DNA of 63,756 nt, filler included, from Rhabdomonas costata (taxonomy: Eukaryota), in assembly GCA_019059605.1 (NCBI GenBank). It is 48 parts of 48 records of this genome, joined end to end, with 100 filler letters (N's around TTAATTAATTAA, not from the genome) between each part and the next. Parts side by side here need not be neighbours in the genome. Positions count along the whole stretch, not along the records: positions 59,867 to 61,096 come from JAHMHO010022693.1; positions 61,197 to 62,426 come from JAHMHO010022694.1; positions 62,527 to 63,756 come from JAHMHO010022695.1; 45 more parts are not named here. One strand, written 5' to 3'. Both the position numbers and the translations under genes were made by a program. Shown here in pieces: positions 60,042 to 63,756 of this stretch (position 1 is the stretch's first letter; every line of letters begins with the position of its first letter). Below the pieces are notes generated by a model. That model was not told the origin of the DNA and ran no database searches. It saw only the letters and a program-made list of their open reading frames with translations.

Positions 60042-61403
60042 TGTGCTAGGGTTGAGTTGGTGTTGCTGTGGTGTAAGAGTCTCATGGTGTGGTCTTTGTG
60101 TTTTGTCTCTCTTTATTCGTCTGTGCCTTCTGTCTTTGTGGTTCGGTGTCAGTGTTTGGCTTCTGTCTCTTTCTCTGTGTTCGGTCTTGTTCGGCATTCG
60201 GCATTCGGGTTTGAAGTCGCGAAGCTTTTGGGCTAATCTTGGGTTCTGTGTCGGCGGGTGAGTCGGAGTCGTTGATGTTGGTTCAGTTCATGCCGGTGCT
60301 TGGCTGTCCGAGGGGTTCGTATGTGATTGAATTTCTTGGTGTGAAATTGCGAAATTGATCCATCCGTCCGAATAAGCCGTTGAGAGCTTCCTTGAGCAAG
60401 CATTAGTCCAAACGAGCATCATCAGGTACGCCTGGCAAAACGGAAACATACGGATGAGGCCACAAACAACACCTTGTGAGCTAAGGTAATACGGTGAAGC
60501 CTATGCATTGACTCCAACTAGAATACGTGTGGTGAGTCATACAGCAACATTCTGAGGCTCTGCTTTAATGGCACACAGTTGGGTAATGCTGGTCCCTTTT
60601 GTAGAGTAACGCTAGTAGGTAACTCCATAGTACCATCGTAGATCACATCTACAGGCTGACTATTGGAGCCACCGGAAGTCGTGGGAGGGATTCGTGAACC
60701 CTACCACCCGCCTAGTCGTACACACACAGAGGGTAGACTGTGACACAAACATTCTAGCGTTGTTGAACAGGGTTTCGACTCTGTAACTTCTGCGTGACGT
60801 TAGGATGAGTCTCAACATCCAACATGTGAAGTTGATGTAGAAGTGTAACGGGGATATTGCGATGCCTTCAATCACTCCTACTGCCCGAACCACTCACCGT
60901 TGATGTTGACGCTTCCAACCCACTGCAAGGACATAGAAGCGTTCATTCTACCGGTAGCACACTCAACACTTGGCACTCACAACATTGATGTGTACCACCA
61001 CCAGAATGGAGGACACTGACACCATGAAATGAAGTTGCCGCAGCGATGATGGCATGAGGACGTGACATCCGCAAATGTATGAACCACCACCCAACCNNNN
61101 NNNNNNNNNNNNNNNNNNNNNNNNNNNNNNNNNNNNNNNNTTAATTAATTAANNNNNNNNNNNNNNNNNNNNNNNNNNNNNNNNNNNNNNNNNNNNGGGG
61201 GGTGTGTCACAAAACCAAAAAAGTAGGCGGTGCGGAAAATCAAGAGAAAGGTCCACCCCAGTCTCCGCGGACTTTTGTGCATTGCCAGAAAGCAGAAAGC
61301 AAAACTTAGCAAGGACACTTCCCATGCTCAAACTCGCAAAGCGTATTGTGCACAAAGTGATGGATGGTTTAAGGTGGCGAGTGGATGGGTGGGGAGGACA
61401 GAC

Positions 61404-61506
61404 CCTTTTCCAGGGGCTTCACGTTGGTGCTGGTCAGGGTGATGCGGATCTTGTGGATCTGCTCTCCAGAGTGGGCCGGCTTCTTCACTGGGGGGATCCC
61501 CGCCAT
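61404..61506 (-). CDS. RPS20: 40S ribosomal protein S20 (uS10), first coding exon
   Basis: MAGDPPVKKPAHSGEQIHKIRITLTSTNVKPLEK|gt matches the IH.IRITLTS.NVK.LEKV signature. Confidence 0.95.
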
Positions 61507-63614
61507 TGTGAATTAGGGGTCGGTAGCTTTGTCAGCAAAAAAGGGTACAGGTGCCCGAGTGAATCGGCTTCCAAAAAGCACGAGAGAAGCTTCTGCTTTT
61601 TGAAAATACGCCGAGGAAAACGCCTTGCCACTGCGTCATTGGGATTGAACATATGTATTTTTTTCTTCGACCGTCTCCCACGGTCAAATCATTTTGCCTT
61701 TAAAACGCGTTGCATTTTTTCTGCATTTGCGATGAAAAGTCTGAAAACGTCACAAAAATTAAGGTTCCAACTATCCTTCCTTCAGGATGGATAGATAGGC
61801 GCCCCACGAACTGGCTTCCTCGGATGCCACGGCGATTTCCTCCGTCCCGAAATAAAGCCTGTCGCATGCCCTTCAACAAGGTTTAATCACATTCAACACT
61901 TTGATGATCAGTGATCCCTCTCTCAAGATGTGTCTAGTGAGCATAGTTCTCGTCCTGGAAGGACACTTTCGCGCCTCTGTCAGTTCGTTCGTTCATGGAA
62001 AGGGCGCTTGAAGGTTCATCAAAGAAGCCCATGAAACCAGAAATGGGCTCAAAAATAAAGCGTTGGTCAATGACAGCACCGCTTTCGTCGCTACCAAAAA
62101 AAACACTGCGCGGCACATAGATACCTTGTCGGTCTTAACATTCGCACGCTATCACTCACACAACTCTGCACAAGCGTGCACGAGAAAAATCGTACATGGT
62201 AACCGGCAATGCGAACGCAGTACCGGCGTTCGAAGTGCACGCGAGGTCACATGAAGGGCTGTCGGATTTCACGGAGGTCCTCCCTCTGCGTGGGCATAAC
62301 GTGGGTGGATAACGTGCGTGTGGGCGGAGGGTAACCAGTGCCAGTGTGAGTAAGAGTCAAAAGAATGTGCAAAGTTCGGAGCCATTCTTTTCGGGCTACA
62401 AGTGATACTCTTTCCCCACACCCACCNNNNNNNNNNNNNNNNNNNNNNNNNNNNNNNNNNNNNNNNNNNNTTAATTAATTAANNNNNNNNNNNNNNNNNN
62501 NNNNNNNNNNNNNNNNNNNNNNNNNNTTGCACGTCGTTGCAACGCTCAACTCTGACATAAACTACTTTCCAACCGGTGCAAAAAAAAGTACTCCATCTTG
62601 TGACAAAAAGGGTGTGTACATTACACAGCAGCATCCAACAATGGCATCAGAAAAAGATGAGTTGATTAAACCGAAGAAAAAGCTGCCGACCTTTGACGCT
62701 CCAGCTTGGTGGATTCAAGACAGCTTTGGTAACCTGACACCCAAGCCTTCATTACCTGAAAGCAAAAGAATCCCGAAACCAAAAAAAACTTCACAAGTAC
62801 AACCCACCGCATGGAGTTATTTGAGGCATGGGTGAGCGGAAATGTTATGCGGATGCCCCTACCCATTGAGCGCACAGCATGCAAAATTCGAGTTAAAGGT
62901 TCCAAGATGCCTACCATCGCTTTACCACCAGATCAACAGTTTTGCCCATCTTGGCACGAGCTCAATGACCAAAAAGAAATCGGTGCACAAGGAGAACAAC
63001 ACGATAGCACTGAAAGAGTGCTGAAGGAGGCAGGGGAGGGGCAAGTTACCTGACCCCGTGAAACTTAACGATCATTCCGTCACCCACACAGGACTTGCAC
63101 CCTTGTTCCCAAAAAGAAACTCATCCCTCCTATATATTCAAAGGTATATCTTAAGGTACGTTACACCGTAAAAATTTGCTAGCCTGTGATATTTTGGGAA
63201 GCTTCAAGCGTTACAACCGAAAAACCTACCCAACCACCTACTACTATCACCAGCGCACCAAAATCTGGCATGGAGCGATTCATTCAAGTATCCTACAATA
63301 ATCTGAAATTCGAGTTAAAAATATCGCTGCGCGAAATGCACACAAAAAATGGCGGGGTTCATCACAGGACCTTACAATTGTTATGCTGAAGACGACGGCA
63401 ACGTTTTTGGGTGACGACTCCAAATTGCAATGTGCTACATATTGTTCCTCCTAGTTTCGGGGTGAAACTATCCTCAACTAGTGGCTAGACGAGGTTAGTG
63501 CCTGCGGCACAACTCGGGAACCACCCTTCCCCTCGCCCCATCTACAAAAAGAAGGGAGGAGGGAGCGTTCCTCTCGGATTTGAAACCTCTGATACATATG
63601 GAATGCGCGCGCAC

Positions 63615-63756
63615 CTTGCTCCACTCGCACATCTTCTGCCGGTAAAACTCCCGCACGGCCTGGGCTTTCCACTGGTCAGGAACAAACTGGTCCACATAGC
63701 TGTGCAGCGTCCCTTCCACAGGGTGAACCTTGTGAGGATCTCTTTTCCCCAACCAC
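63615..63756 (-). CDS. Exon of an unknown protein
   Basis: Open GC-rich frame KRDPHKVHPVEGTLHSYVDQFVPDQWKAQAVREFYRQKMCEWSK ending at a gtgcgc donor. Confidence 0.4.

Overview
This window is not one continuous locus. It is 48 unrelated contigs of about 1.23 kb, joined by artificial 100-nt spacers (N44-TTAATTAATTAA-N44). Many contigs start with G/T-only and end with A/C-only tails, which points to whole-genome amplification with G/T-degenerate primers. Most contigs come from an intron-rich protist with GC-rich exons, GT-AG introns and several GC-AG introns; a euglenid is plausible but not proven. Recognisable exon sets: PRP4, eIF4B, kinesin-3 FHA, RPB8, RPS20, glutaryl-CoA dehydrogenase, an SLC35E-type transporter, a Ulp1-like protease, and ankyrin, Kelch, LamG and degenerate class III cyclase domains. 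Highlights: (i) an AT-rich intronless contig encoding a probable Polinton/PLV-type major capsid protein plus an orphan gene; (ii) a second AT-rich contig with a decayed viral-type primase-helicase followed by GGTTAC iteron-like repeats and a 75-bp hairpin; (iii) two intron-containing genes of bacterial type (RtcB RNA ligase, MntH-like Nramp); (iv) two diverged, decayed copies of one Ty3/gypsy-like gag family. All protein calls come from manual motif recognition, not database searches, and adjacency between contigs carries no meaning.
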